A stretch of 32,000 nucleotides of DNA from Candidatus Bipolaricaulia bacterium (GTDB taxonomy: Bacteria > Bipolaricaulota > Bipolaricaulia > JBHIAT01). The notes under the pieces were generated by a model. It did no database searches, was not told where the DNA came from, and worked only from the letters and a program-made list of their open reading frames with translations. The stretch lies in contig JBHIAT010000005.1 in NCBI GenBank assembly GCA_046758705.1, forward strand, positions 18,009-50,008. Direction: 5' to 3'. The position numbers were made by a program, and so were the translations under genes. Below, one piece after another: positions 16,621 to 24,961 of the stretch; the first letter of the stretch is position 1; each line of letters opens with the position of its first letter.

Positions 16621-17232
16621 ATGAGCAAGGAGGACACTATTCTCAGTGAGATAACAAAATTCTACTTGGATTCCGGCGATTTTAATGGTCTTCCTATCCG
16701 TGAGATTATCCGAAACTTTGAATTAGAAGGAAAAGAACTCGAAAACGTTCTCGCTTCTTTAATTGAAGAAGATAAAATCTCTCTCAACCTTGGAGACCGT
16801 CACCCAAATCCTCACATCAAGGCGTTTGATGAAGAACCTGCGGAAACACAGATAAAAAAGCTGCAGAGTTTAAACCTAGAGGACGCCTGCGCTTATCCCA
16901 CAAGATCACACCTCCAAGAAGTGGTTGACGTATCTGAGTATCAAGATAGACTCTTTACACTAAGGCTAGCCTTAGGCGAACCGCAGCTATTGGGGAGATC
17001 AACCCCTATCGAGAACCTCGGGATTCACCGGATAGCGGGGCCGCTCCAGGCTCCCGGTCGCGAGCGAGGCCTGGGCAACCAGTCGATCGCTTCTACAACT
17101 CTTCCTCTGGCCCCGGCAGATCCGGGCAGGTTTTTCGGTACGACTCATCGCCCAAGAACTGCTGCCACTCCGCGCGGGTCAGGTTGCGATTGGCTATGCT
17201 GCAGGCACGGGCTTGCCAGGACTCAAGGCTGA
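16621..17232 (+). CDS. hypothetical protein, probably 3'-truncated or chimeric at the island junction near 16991
   Basis: The first ~123 aa are AT-rich and protein-like. From ~16992 the frame runs through the 55-bp direct repeat and then antisense to the WD40 gene tail, giving a Pro/Arg/Gly-rich read-through. Confidence 0.35.
   Translation: MSKEDTILSEITKFYLDSGDFNGLPIREIIRNFELEGKELENVLASLIEEDKISLNLGDRHPNPHIKAFDEEPAETQIKKLQSLNLEDACAYPTRSHLQEVVDVSEYQDRLFTLRLALGEPQLLGRSTPIENLGIHRIAGPLQAPGRERGLGNQSIASTTLPLAPADPGRFFGTTHRPRTAATPRGSGCDWLCCRHGLARTQG
16992..17046. repeat. 55-bp direct repeat, left copy
   Basis: GGGGAGATCAACCCCTATCGAGAACCTCGGGATTCACCGGATAGCGGGGCCGCTC. It is 53/55 identical to 29393-29447; the mismatches are at 17013 and 17014. 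On the minus strand it encodes ..ERPRYPVNPEVLDRG-stop. Confidence 0.9.
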
Positions 17233-19921
17233 CATCCCACAAGAGGATAGTACCATCGTCACTTCCCGACGCCAGTGTTTTACTATTTGGGCTGAAAGCC
17301 ACACTGTTTACGCTAGACTTGTGGCCAGTGAGGGGTGACCCGAGCGGCTGGCGTGCCACGACATCCAATAGGATTACTGCACCATCGGCATTCGCCATCG
17401 CCAACATTTGGCCGTCCGGCCTAAACGCTACACTTTTCACTCCCCGTTGATCTGTGAGCGGTGGGCCAAGCATCTGCTGCGTTGCCACATCCCACAGAAT
17501 GATAGCGTTTTCCTGACTGGTCTTGCCTAAACTGCTTGAAGCCAGCAGTTGGCTGTCCGGGCTGAACGCCAAGCTGGTCACCCGTGCGGTATGCCCAGTG
17601 AGAGGCTGGCCAAGCGGTTGACGAGAGGTGACATCCCATAGCCTGATGGTGTCATCCCAACTACCCGATGCCAACGTTTTTCCATCGGGGCTGAAGGTCA
17701 CGCTTGACACCTCGTCAGTGTGTCCGGTGAGGGGTGGACCAAGCGGTCGACGAGCGGCGACATCCCACAAGATGATAGTGCCGTCCTCATTACCTGACGC
17801 CAGCATTTTGGCATCCGGGCTAAAGGTCACGCTCACCACCCGGCTTTCGTGTCCGGTAAGGGGTTGGCCAATGGGTCGACCAGTCGCGACATCCCACAGG
17901 ATGATGGTGCCGTCCGAACTACCCGACGCCAGTATTTTTCCGTCCGAGCTGAAAGCCTCGTTCAGTATGTTTTCTTTGATGGAAGACTGGCTTACTGGTC
18001 GATGTTCCTCAACATGCCATAAGATGATGCTGTCGTCCCTTTCGCCTGAAGGTTTACGACCAAACGATACCAACGACTGGCCATCTGGAGTGAAAATCAC
18101 GTTTGATATCGGGTCGGCGTGTGTCGTAAGGGACCGAGCAAGTGGCTCAGGGTTGGCAAGATTCCACATGATAATGGTGCCGTCCCGATCGCTCGACGCC
18201 AACGTTTGGCCATCCGGACTGAAGGCCACGCTCAACACCTCGTTAGTGTGTCCGGTGAGAGGTTGGCCGAGCGGCTTAAGGGTAGTGGCATCCCAAAGGA
18301 TGAGGGTGTTGTCCCGGCTGGCCGAGGCCAACATTTGGCCGTTGGGGCTGAAGGCCACGCTGTTCACAAGATGCTTGTGTCCGGTAAGGGGCTGGCCAAT
18401 GGGTTGACCAGTGGTGACATCCCATAGCCTGATGGTGTCGTCTGAACTACCCGACACTAGCATTTGGCCGTCGGGGCTGAAGGCCACACTGGTCAGCCAA
18501 CTTGCATGACCGGTAAGGGGCTGGCCAATGGGTTGACCAGTGGTGACATCCCATAGCCTGATGGTGTCGTCCCAACTACCTGACGCTAACATTTGGCCAT
18601 CGGGGCTGAAGGCCACGCTCACCACCCAGCTCTCGTGTCCAGTAAGGGGCTCGCTGATGGGCTGACCAGTCGCGACATCCCACAGGATAATGGTGTCGTC
18701 CGAACTACCCGATGCTAGCATTTGGCCATCCGGGCTGAAGGTCACGCTGTGCACCCAACTATTGTGGTCAGTTAGAGGGGGGCCAAGAGGCTGGCGATCC
18801 GCAACATCCCATAGCCGAATTTCGCCTTGCTTGCATAATCCACCTTCGTGGTCAGCGCAACTGCCCGAGGCCAACATTTTTCCGTCTGGGCTAAAGGCAA
18901 CGCTGTATACCCAGTTAGTGTGTCTGGTGAGGGGCGGTCCGAGCGGCCGGTGGGTAGCGACATCCCACAGGATAATACTGTTATCCCAACTGCTTGAGGC
19001 CAGCGTCTTTCCATCTGGACTGAAACTCACACTCAACACCCCGGCAGTGTGGCTGTGCAGGAAAGCGCTTAGGCGAGGGTTGTGTTCCAGCCCGGTGAGT
19101 AGACTACTTCGAGCTTCCAAAGTCTTTTTAACCTGGTGAGCTTCCACACTTAATAACAAGGCCAGGTTCAACTGGGCATCCAAGTGAGTGAGGGCTTGCG
19201 CAGCCAATTGGCGGGAGAGGGCGATCTGGCGCCGCTCTTCGGCAATCTGGCGCTGATAGAAAGCCCACCCTGTCAAAAAGGCTAACGCTACCGCTACACT
19301 AATGGCAACTATTGTGAGTGTCCTTTGGCGCTTAGCGGTGGCCTTACGACTGGCGGTGATGTACTGGGTTTGAAGTGACGTGGGCTTAGGTTCTTTCTCT
19401 GCGGCTTGCGCTAGCCATTCCTCCGCATCTCGTAGATCACTCCCGCGCAGCACAAAGCTGTTGTCACGCTCGTTGCTATCCCACTCAATGGCACGCTCCA
19501 GCAAGCGCGTATGCGCACGCACCCAGTCCAGATCGGTATCGATGGCTTCGATCAAAGATTGGAGGGCGCCATCGAAATCGTCACTCTCACGAAAGAAAAT
19601 CCAGTTGAGTGCAGCCAGAGCTTGAGGCACGGCTTCGGCGTCAACATCACGACGCACGATGGGCGTGAGCCGTTTATGGTGCTCGACAGCGTGAGCAAGC
19701 TCTTGAGCACAGACCTCTGAGTCCACGGAATCCGGACTGATGACGAATACAAACGTGTCAGCCGCCTCAATGGCAGAATAAACCTCCTCCAGCCACTCCG
19801 CAGAGGGGGGAATATCCTCCCAGTCAACCCAGGAGTCTCGGTCACGTTCGCTGAGCGCTTCATGTAGATCACGTACGAAATCCTGATCTTGGCGCGAGTA
19901 GGAGATAAAAACGTCAGCCAT
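17093..19921 (-). CDS. TIR domain / helical linker / single TM helix / 14x WD40 protein (no NTPase)
   Basis: 942-aa intact ORF. N-terminal TIR pattern: DVFISYSRQD...FVFVISPDSVDSEVCAQEL. Hydrophobic helix LTIVAISVAVALAFLTGWAFY at nt 19256-19318. 14 WD40 units follow. GAGG lies 5 nt upstream of the ATG. Confidence 0.9.
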   Translation of the reverse strand: MADVFISYSRQDQDFVRDLHEALSERDRDSWVDWEDIPPSAEWLEEVYSAIEAADTFVFVISPDSVDSEVCAQELAHAVEHHKRLTPIVRRDVDAEAVPQALAALNWIFFRESDDFDGALQSLIEAIDTDLDWVRAHTRLLERAIEWDSNERDNSFVLRGSDLRDAEEWLAQAAEKEPKPTSLQTQYITASRKATAKRQRTLTIVAISVAVALAFLTGWAFYQRQIAEERRQIALSRQLAAQALTHLDAQLNLALLLSVEAHQVKKTLEARSSLLTGLEHNPRLSAFLHSHTAGVLSVSFSPDGKTLASSSWDNSIILWDVATHRPLGPPLTRHTNWVYSVAFSPDGKMLASGSCADHEGGLCKQGEIRLWDVADRQPLGPPLTDHNSWVHSVTFSPDGQMLASGSSDDTIILWDVATGQPISEPLTGHESWVVSVAFSPDGQMLASGSWDDTIRLWDVTTGQPIGQPLTGHASWLTSVAFSPDGQMLVSGSSDDTIRLWDVTTGQPIGQPLTGHKHLVNSVAFSPNGQMLASASRDNTLILWDATTLKPLGQPLTGHTNEVLSVAFSPDGQTLASSDRDGTIIMWNLANPEPLARSLTTHADPISNVIFTPDGQSLVSFGRKPSGERDDSIILWHVEEHRPVSQSSIKENILNEAFSSDGKILASGSSDGTIILWDVATGRPIGQPLTGHESRVVSVTFSPDAKMLASGNEDGTIILWDVAARRPLGPPLTGHTDEVSSVTFSPDGKTLASGSWDDTIRLWDVTSRQPLGQPLTGHTARVTSLAFSPDSQLLASSSLGKTSQENAIILWDVATQQMLGPPLTDQRGVKSVAFRPDGQMLAMANADGAVILLDVVARQPLGSPLTGHKSSVNSVAFSPNSKTLASGSDDGTILLWDVSLESWQARACSIANRNLTRAEWQQFLGDESYRKTCPDLPGPEEEL
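17231..19051 (-). repeat. in-frame WD40 repeat array, 14 units
   Basis: Units were counted in the translation, and the boundaries checked against nucleotides (His codon of unit 1 at 19049-19051). Confidence 0.85.
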
Positions 19922-19951
19922 GTCACCCTCTGGGACAGTACGACTTTTGCT

Positions 19952-20884
19952 TCAATTGGATCGCTGTTCGGTTAAAGTTGCGATGTCGAGCGCCAGACGG
20001 TCGAAAAAAGCGGATTCAGGTTGAGCAAGTATCGTCCGAGCGTTCAGGTCACGCAAAGGTACCGAGCCGATTCCAGGGTCAAGCACCTCCCAAGGCACAA
20101 CATCCGCCAGAAGTCCAGGCAGCAACAGCGGAAAGATGCCCCGTGGACCGTCGAGTTGAGCATACGACCCCAGTGCCCAGTGTACCTCCTGTATGACCGC
20201 TTCGCTGTTCAGCGAAGCATCACTCAACAGGACCACAAAGGCGTCGGCGATGCGCAGATTGTCCTGAACTGCTATACGCCAGTTTTCGCCTGCCCGCAAT
20301 GCTGTCAGATCGCGCCACACCGTCAGACCGCGTTCCTCCAGAGCTTTCTGAACTTTAGCTGCAAGCACCTCATCCTCACGCGCATAACTGATCAACACCC
20401 GACACCCATAGCGCAGTTTGCGTTCCATCCAGATCAGCTGCTCCACACTGCGCGCGTCAGGTTCCGGGAAACCACGCAGCCACCAGCCAATCTTGCTTGC
20501 AGATTGGATCGGCTTCTTGTTAGTGAATCGCAACTTCAGCAGTTCTGAGGTAAAGTCGCGCACGGTGGTGGACTTGAACGAGAAATGGTACGTGCCTTCG
20601 GCATTGGTAGCAATAACAGCGTATTTGCCATAATTCTTGTAAGGGATCTGATCCATCTGTTCTTTTGGCACAGCCATACAGCCGGCCAATTTATAAGCCA
20701 GCGTATAGATGCGCTGACCATTGCTGTTCACCACGCTGGTGACGATCCACAGCGTACCCCCACTGGCCAGTTTGTAGATCACCTTGCTCTTGCTGCGGTA
20801 GAAGTTAGCGCGGAACGCGGGATGCCCGCCGGGGCCACGTCGCAGAATATCCCAATTGACATAGGCCAGTGCATGTCGGCTCAT
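19952..20884 (-). CDS. unknown N-terminal domain (~165 aa) + C-terminal TIR domain protein
   Basis: 310 aa. C-terminal TIR pattern: RVLISYAREDEVLAAKVQKALEERGLTVWRD...AFVVLLSDASLNSEAVIQEV. I recognise no motif in the N-terminal half. Confidence 0.75.
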   Translation of the reverse strand: MSRHALAYVNWDILRRGPGGHPAFRANFYRSKSKVIYKLASGGTLWIVTSVVNSNGQRIYTLAYKLAGCMAVPKEQMDQIPYKNYGKYAVIATNAEGTYHFSFKSTTVRDFTSELLKLRFTNKKPIQSASKIGWWLRGFPEPDARSVEQLIWMERKLRYGCRVLISYAREDEVLAAKVQKALEERGLTVWRDLTALRAGENWRIAVQDNLRIADAFVVLLSDASLNSEAVIQEVHWALGSYAQLDGPRGIFPLLLPGLLADVVPWEVLDPGIGSVPLRDLNARTILAQPESAFFDRLALDIATLTEQRSN

Positions 20885-20899
20885 ATGGATTTATTCCCC

Positions 20900-22663
20900 T
20901 TAACCAGCCTTGTTTCTCATTTCACCTTCTCTTCTGTCTTCAGTTTGCTGGGCGTACAATTCGGCCAGCGCATTTTCCATCCGCTGCACCCAACCGGTAT
21001 GTTCACCCTTGAGAATCTTTTCTGTATGCTTGACCAGTTTGTCGACGTTTTTTGGATCTGCCTGTTCCTTAGGCAACAACGCCGTCCACCAGGCCTGCAC
21101 ATTGGCCAAGTCCGTCGCCACTTGGTTGTATTTCATCAGCGTGTTCTCGATCTGCTGGTATTCCAGGTATGTGATGAAAGCAGCCGCCAACGCCGTCGTC
21201 AGCGCGATCCACAGTTCTACCCCCAACGCAGCCAGCAAGGTGCCCACACCACCAGAGATGTAAATCAACCATTGTAAGCGCTTCAACTGCCGCTCCAGTT
21301 TAGTCGTTTTGAGCCGATAGAAATTGAGCTGGTCACCCAGTCGAATAGTGATGTAGCGATCGGGTGTGAGGAAGCTGAATCCGTCGTCGTCCGCCGCCGC
21401 GCCGTCCATCTTAGGTGGAATAGGATCCACGTACGGGCGCAAGGCCGATAGATTCACGTCGGTTTGCATTAACTGACGGCTGACGGACTCTACCTCGCGG
21501 GTCAGTTTGGCCTCTCGGGAAGTCTTCCCCATCTGCTGATCGTTGTAGATCCCGGCCTTGGCGCGATAGCGAAATATCTCTCGTTTGATCGCTTCGGCGC
21601 CGGCACGCAGCAACACCCACTTGTTGCCTGCTTTGAAGCGGTTGGCCGCCGCCACCAAAATAGAAACTGTGATCGGCACGATCACGATGACATAGTGAAG
21701 CACCTGACCCTGCCAAGAACGGTCATTCTGTATCCCCAACTCCCTTTGGCTCAATACCAGGAGTGTGCCGAGCACCCCCAGCGTCAGAATCCCCAGTTGC
21801 AGTCTGTTAAAGCTGATCTGCTGGCGTTTAGCGTTGTCGTCGTAGAGCGCAAAGCGCTCCCAGACCAGCCTGAGTGTTGTGTGCCTGCTCAACTGGCGAA
21901 TGATCATTCGTTCCAGCCCTGCGATCGGATCATCTAGCGAAAAGAGATGAAAATCACCATCGGCGATAATCTCGGCCATTACCGGGTCGTCGATAAAGGA
22001 AGGCTTTTCCTGACATAACGTGGCGATTTCGTCTGCCAGCCGTCTGCTGCCTTCGATAACAATGATGGGCCAGCCTCGCCGCACGCTACGCAACACCTCT
22101 TCCTTAGCAATGAGACCACCATTGACGAGCACTGTCACGGCAGGGACTCCTTTAGCCAACCCCTCTGCTAACTCATATAGTGTATCTGTTTCTCCGCCCC
22201 AGTCATTGCTTTCTACTAATACAAAATGGGAGTGGTTGGGATCGAGCGGCGCGCTGTCCTCAATGCTATCTTCGGCCGGTCCGCCAGGGTAAGTGACCTT
22301 GCCCGCAGGCGCCACGCCCAACAGAGTTGACCTTCGTCCCCGGTCGACAACGCCCTGGCCCATCATGGCCATCACCCCCACCTGCGTGCCGCCGTCAATG
22401 ATCAACGCGCCCGTGTCGGCGGCGGCGCGAGCGATGCCGCGACTGAACAACTGAACCAAGCGGGATTTCAGTTCCTCATCGAGACCTGCCGCACCACCGA
22501 CGATCATAAGCAGCGCTTTTGGTTGTTCAATGCCCAGTACGTGTAGGATGTTGGCGGCGCTTGTTTCAGCCGGTGGAGCCACCAGTTGCGCCCGATTGCC
22601 GTTAGGAAAAAGGATTTCCTTTTTGCTCTCGTCTTGATTTGCTTGTTGTGTGCCCACTAGCAA
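20900..22663 (-). CDS. SLOG (TRPM/LSDAT-like) domain + two SLATT-like 2TM modules; predicted nucleotide-gated membrane effector
   Basis: 587-aa ORF. SLOG-like Gly-rich motifs: MIVGGAAG, IIDGGTQVGVMAMMG, VLVNGG. Four hydrophobic helices: LGILTLGVLGTLLVL, VLHYVIVIVPITVSILVAAA, WLIYISGGVGTLLAALGV, LWIALTTALAAAFITYL. The likely true start is the GTG at 22657, which has GGAGG 6 nt upstream, rather than the TTG at 22663. Confidence 0.75.
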   Translation of the reverse strand: MLVGTQQANQDESKKEILFPNGNRAQLVAPPAETSAANILHVLGIEQPKALLMIVGGAAGLDEELKSRLVQLFSRGIARAAADTGALIIDGGTQVGVMAMMGQGVVDRGRRSTLLGVAPAGKVTYPGGPAEDSIEDSAPLDPNHSHFVLVESNDWGGETDTLYELAEGLAKGVPAVTVLVNGGLIAKEEVLRSVRRGWPIIVIEGSRRLADEIATLCQEKPSFIDDPVMAEIIADGDFHLFSLDDPIAGLERMIIRQLSRHTTLRLVWERFALYDDNAKRQQISFNRLQLGILTLGVLGTLLVLSQRELGIQNDRSWQGQVLHYVIVIVPITVSILVAAANRFKAGNKWVLLRAGAEAIKREIFRYRAKAGIYNDQQMGKTSREAKLTREVESVSRQLMQTDVNLSALRPYVDPIPPKMDGAAADDDGFSFLTPDRYITIRLGDQLNFYRLKTTKLERQLKRLQWLIYISGGVGTLLAALGVELWIALTTALAAAFITYLEYQQIENTLMKYNQVATDLANVQAWWTALLPKEQADPKNVDKLVKHTEKILKGEHTGWVQRMENALAELYAQQTEDRREGEMRNKAG

Positions 22664-22687
22664 CCTCCTGTTTTGAAACGCTCGGTT

Positions 22688-24961
22688 TCAAGGGTTGCGG
22701 TGTACATGATATGTTGGAAAGGTGCCATACCCTTTAGCCAACGGAGTTTGTCCGACGTAGTCGCACGTGAAGTCACTGATGCGCTCAGCTGCTGCCAAGG
22801 CCGCGAACGGTTGGCTAGCGTAGACATGACCCGGCGGCGTGATCGGCTCGATCCGGGCAGCCCAATTGACGTGCGAACCGGTGTAGCTGTGCTGTTCAAT
22901 GACTGGATCTTTGCAAGAGTACACAGGGCCAGCATGCAGCGCAATGCGAAGGTTCAGATCCTCGGGCAATCCTTTCTCCATCCAATCGGTGCTGCGCAGC
23001 CAGTCACTCAGTTCGAGGGCAAAATTGCCCGCCTGCTTGACAGAGGAGAAGACAAAATATAGAGCATCGCCCCAGGTGTTCTTCATTACCGGCTTATGGG
23101 GAGATGCAGCTACCAGATCGGAGACTGCTCCCATGAAGTGCGCCACGAAGCGTGGGATCTCTTCCTCAGTGAGCTTACTGTACCCCACTACGTCGGCGAA
23201 GAGCATCGCCATGATCTCTTGGGGAAAGCCAGGTGGAGTGGTTATCAGGTAGGGAACGGTTGGAGTCGCAGGTTTGCTGGTTACCGGGGCGGATTGGATG
23301 ACGATAGTCTTCTCTAGTAGAGTAGCAATATCCACCACCTCAGGTTCTCGATCCTGCGAGCGCCAGTGTTCCACCAGTGAAGTGGTGCCCCCTGGTCCAT
23401 CGCCAGGGCGGCCGTCCCACACGACCAGGGGGATCACCTCGGTATCCAGCATCTGTGCCCGTAGCGCTGCCAGGCCATCCTGCATGAGGTTGGAGTATTC
23501 GTAGGCAACCGCACTTCCTGAAGCGCGATGCTCGCTGGCAACCATAACGCGGGCGACCTGCTTCAACACGCGTCGGAAACGCCTCCCCCAATTGGCTCCA
23601 GGAATGATGTCCACACTGGCCGTCTGAAACTCATCCTTCGGAAATGGCAGTACAACATGGATCTCACCTTTTTGCCTTAGCATCGCTTCCAGGAAGAGGA
23701 TGTCGGAGCCGCAGGCTGCTGAGGCGTAGCCAATGCGTGCATCCAATTTCTTCAACCTAGCAGCGATCTCCTGACGGACCAGCTTTTCCAGTGATTGGGG
23801 AAAGCGCGGTCGAGGCCGGCCCGGTTGGTCAATCATATGGCCGGCAAAGACGACGATCCGGGGAATCCCAAAACAGCGGTCGAAACGATGTTTGTCACCA
23901 CCCAGGTACTCCATCAAGAGTCGGGCATTGTGCCGGGTAGAACCCAGGTCGGCGTAATTTCCTTGCCCCTGTTCTGCTGCTCGGATATATCGGGCTTCAG
24001 CCTCGATCCACTCACCTAAGATGATTGCCGCCTCCCCCAGCGATGCCTCAGCCCAGTAGTCATCCTGCTCCTGCAATTTTTCCAGACAGAGAACACGGAC
24101 TTTGCGGGCCAGCTCCTTGGCGTGCTCTTGTTGTCCCATCAGCAGGGCCGTGGTGGCCGCGTTGATCCCGGTGTAAATGGCATCGTCAACTTTGTTCCCT
24201 CTTACCGCCAGGCGGTACGCCTTGGAATAAATATCGTGTGCCTGACGCAATTGGGCTTCTCGTTCGGCAGGGTCCGTTGCCTGTTCCCGGAGATCTTTGT
24301 GAGTGCGAGCAAGGAGGCCGAGCGTCTCCCCATCGGTATGCCCCTCGTGGTGGAGTTGGGAGAGAATCTCATTGGCTCGTTCGATCGCTCCACTGCGGGC
24401 GAGCGCCAATCCCTTAAGTTGCCTCAGGCGCACGTTTTTGGGCCAGTGCTTCAAGCCCGTAGCGATAATGTCATAAGCCAACAAAGGTTCGCCCGCCTTC
24501 AGGATCCGGTTGCCCAGCACTTCGTAGAGCTCAGAGGAACCGGCCCAATGCCCCGATGATATCGGTGCCCAAATCGATAGGAGATCTGTCAGGTCCAATT
24601 TGTCAGGGCCCTTCAGTCGTTCCAGCGCTTCTGTAACGGCTTCATAAGAAGAGCCAGAAGCGGATGAAGATCTCCGAGACGGGCTCTCAATCCGATACCC
24701 CAGAGCAATGATCGTCTTCAACACTTCCATCGCTGTTATGCGATCGTATTCCTTCTCGGACTCGGAGAGCTGCGCGTAGGGCAACAGGTCGGGATGCTTC
24801 TTGTTCGCGTCATCCTGCTGAGGTCCATAGGTCCAGCCTGCGGCAATGCGCTGCTGAGCCCAGAGGTCATGGTTATTTTCGGCCAGCAACTCGGTGAGTT
24901 TGCGAAGTCCCTTGGGCAACTTCATGCCCGAGGTGTCAATCGGTTTAGGTTCGTAAGTCAT
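22688..24961 (-). CDS. RyR-like domain / TPR-like (DUF4071-like) region / SLOG/LOG-like Rossmannoid module / class III adenylate-guanylate-type nucleotide cyclase
   Basis: 757 aa. The RyR-like segment is LAENNHDLWAQQRIAAGWTYG...HPDLLPYAQLSESEKEYDR. A helical repeat region contains YTGINAATTALLMG. The Rossmannoid module reads IVVFAGHMID...GYASAACGSDILFLEAML..GEIHVVLPF. The cyclase motifs FADVVGYS, WGDALYFVF, LRIALHAGPV and GSHVNWAARIE are all intact. The ATG overlaps the upstream stop (ATGA). Confidence 0.8.
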   Translation of the reverse strand: MTYEPKPIDTSGMKLPKGLRKLTELLAENNHDLWAQQRIAAGWTYGPQQDDANKKHPDLLPYAQLSESEKEYDRITAMEVLKTIIALGYRIESPSRRSSSASGSSYEAVTEALERLKGPDKLDLTDLLSIWAPISSGHWAGSSELYEVLGNRILKAGEPLLAYDIIATGLKHWPKNVRLRQLKGLALARSGAIERANEILSQLHHEGHTDGETLGLLARTHKDLREQATDPAEREAQLRQAHDIYSKAYRLAVRGNKVDDAIYTGINAATTALLMGQQEHAKELARKVRVLCLEKLQEQDDYWAEASLGEAAIILGEWIEAEARYIRAAEQGQGNYADLGSTRHNARLLMEYLGGDKHRFDRCFGIPRIVVFAGHMIDQPGRPRPRFPQSLEKLVRQEIAARLKKLDARIGYASAACGSDILFLEAMLRQKGEIHVVLPFPKDEFQTASVDIIPGANWGRRFRRVLKQVARVMVASEHRASGSAVAYEYSNLMQDGLAALRAQMLDTEVIPLVVWDGRPGDGPGGTTSLVEHWRSQDREPEVVDIATLLEKTIVIQSAPVTSKPATPTVPYLITTPPGFPQEIMAMLFADVVGYSKLTEEEIPRFVAHFMGAVSDLVAASPHKPVMKNTWGDALYFVFSSVKQAGNFALELSDWLRSTDWMEKGLPEDLNLRIALHAGPVYSCKDPVIEQHSYTGSHVNWAARIEPITPPGHVYASQPFAALAAAERISDFTCDYVGQTPLAKGYGTFPTYHVHRNP

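Larger units (their letters stand above)
8893..16991. mobile_element. AT-richer mosaic accessory segment (recombinase, IS fragment, truncated genes); boundaries approximate
   Basis: There is a visible drop in G+C: a single 60-nt line near 9061 counts about 40% GC, against about 67% near 25981. It holds a tyrosine recombinase, a transposase fragment and a truncated terminal ORF. No flanking att repeat was identified. Confidence 0.35.

Noticed and set aside
8893-17092. tRNA/tmRNA gene as the integration target at the island borders
   Set aside because: I scanned the intergenic stretches (8893-9055, 11350-11496, 11977-12123, 13277-13652, 14451-14779, 16238-16620, 29194-29392) by eye. I found no cloverleaf-like arrangement and no GTTCGAATC-type T-loop. 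tRNAscan-SE would be needed to be certain.
16992-17232. C-terminal 80 aa of ORF 16621..17232 as genuine coding sequence
   Set aside because: The composition switches abruptly to a Pro/Arg/Gly-rich read-through at the direct repeat. It then runs antisense to the conserved C-terminal tail of the TIR-WD40 gene.
20585-21277. 230-aa plus-strand ORF spanning the TIR/SLATT gene junction
   Set aside because: It is antisense to two well-supported genes and crosses their intergenic spacer. It has no SD and no recognisable domain.
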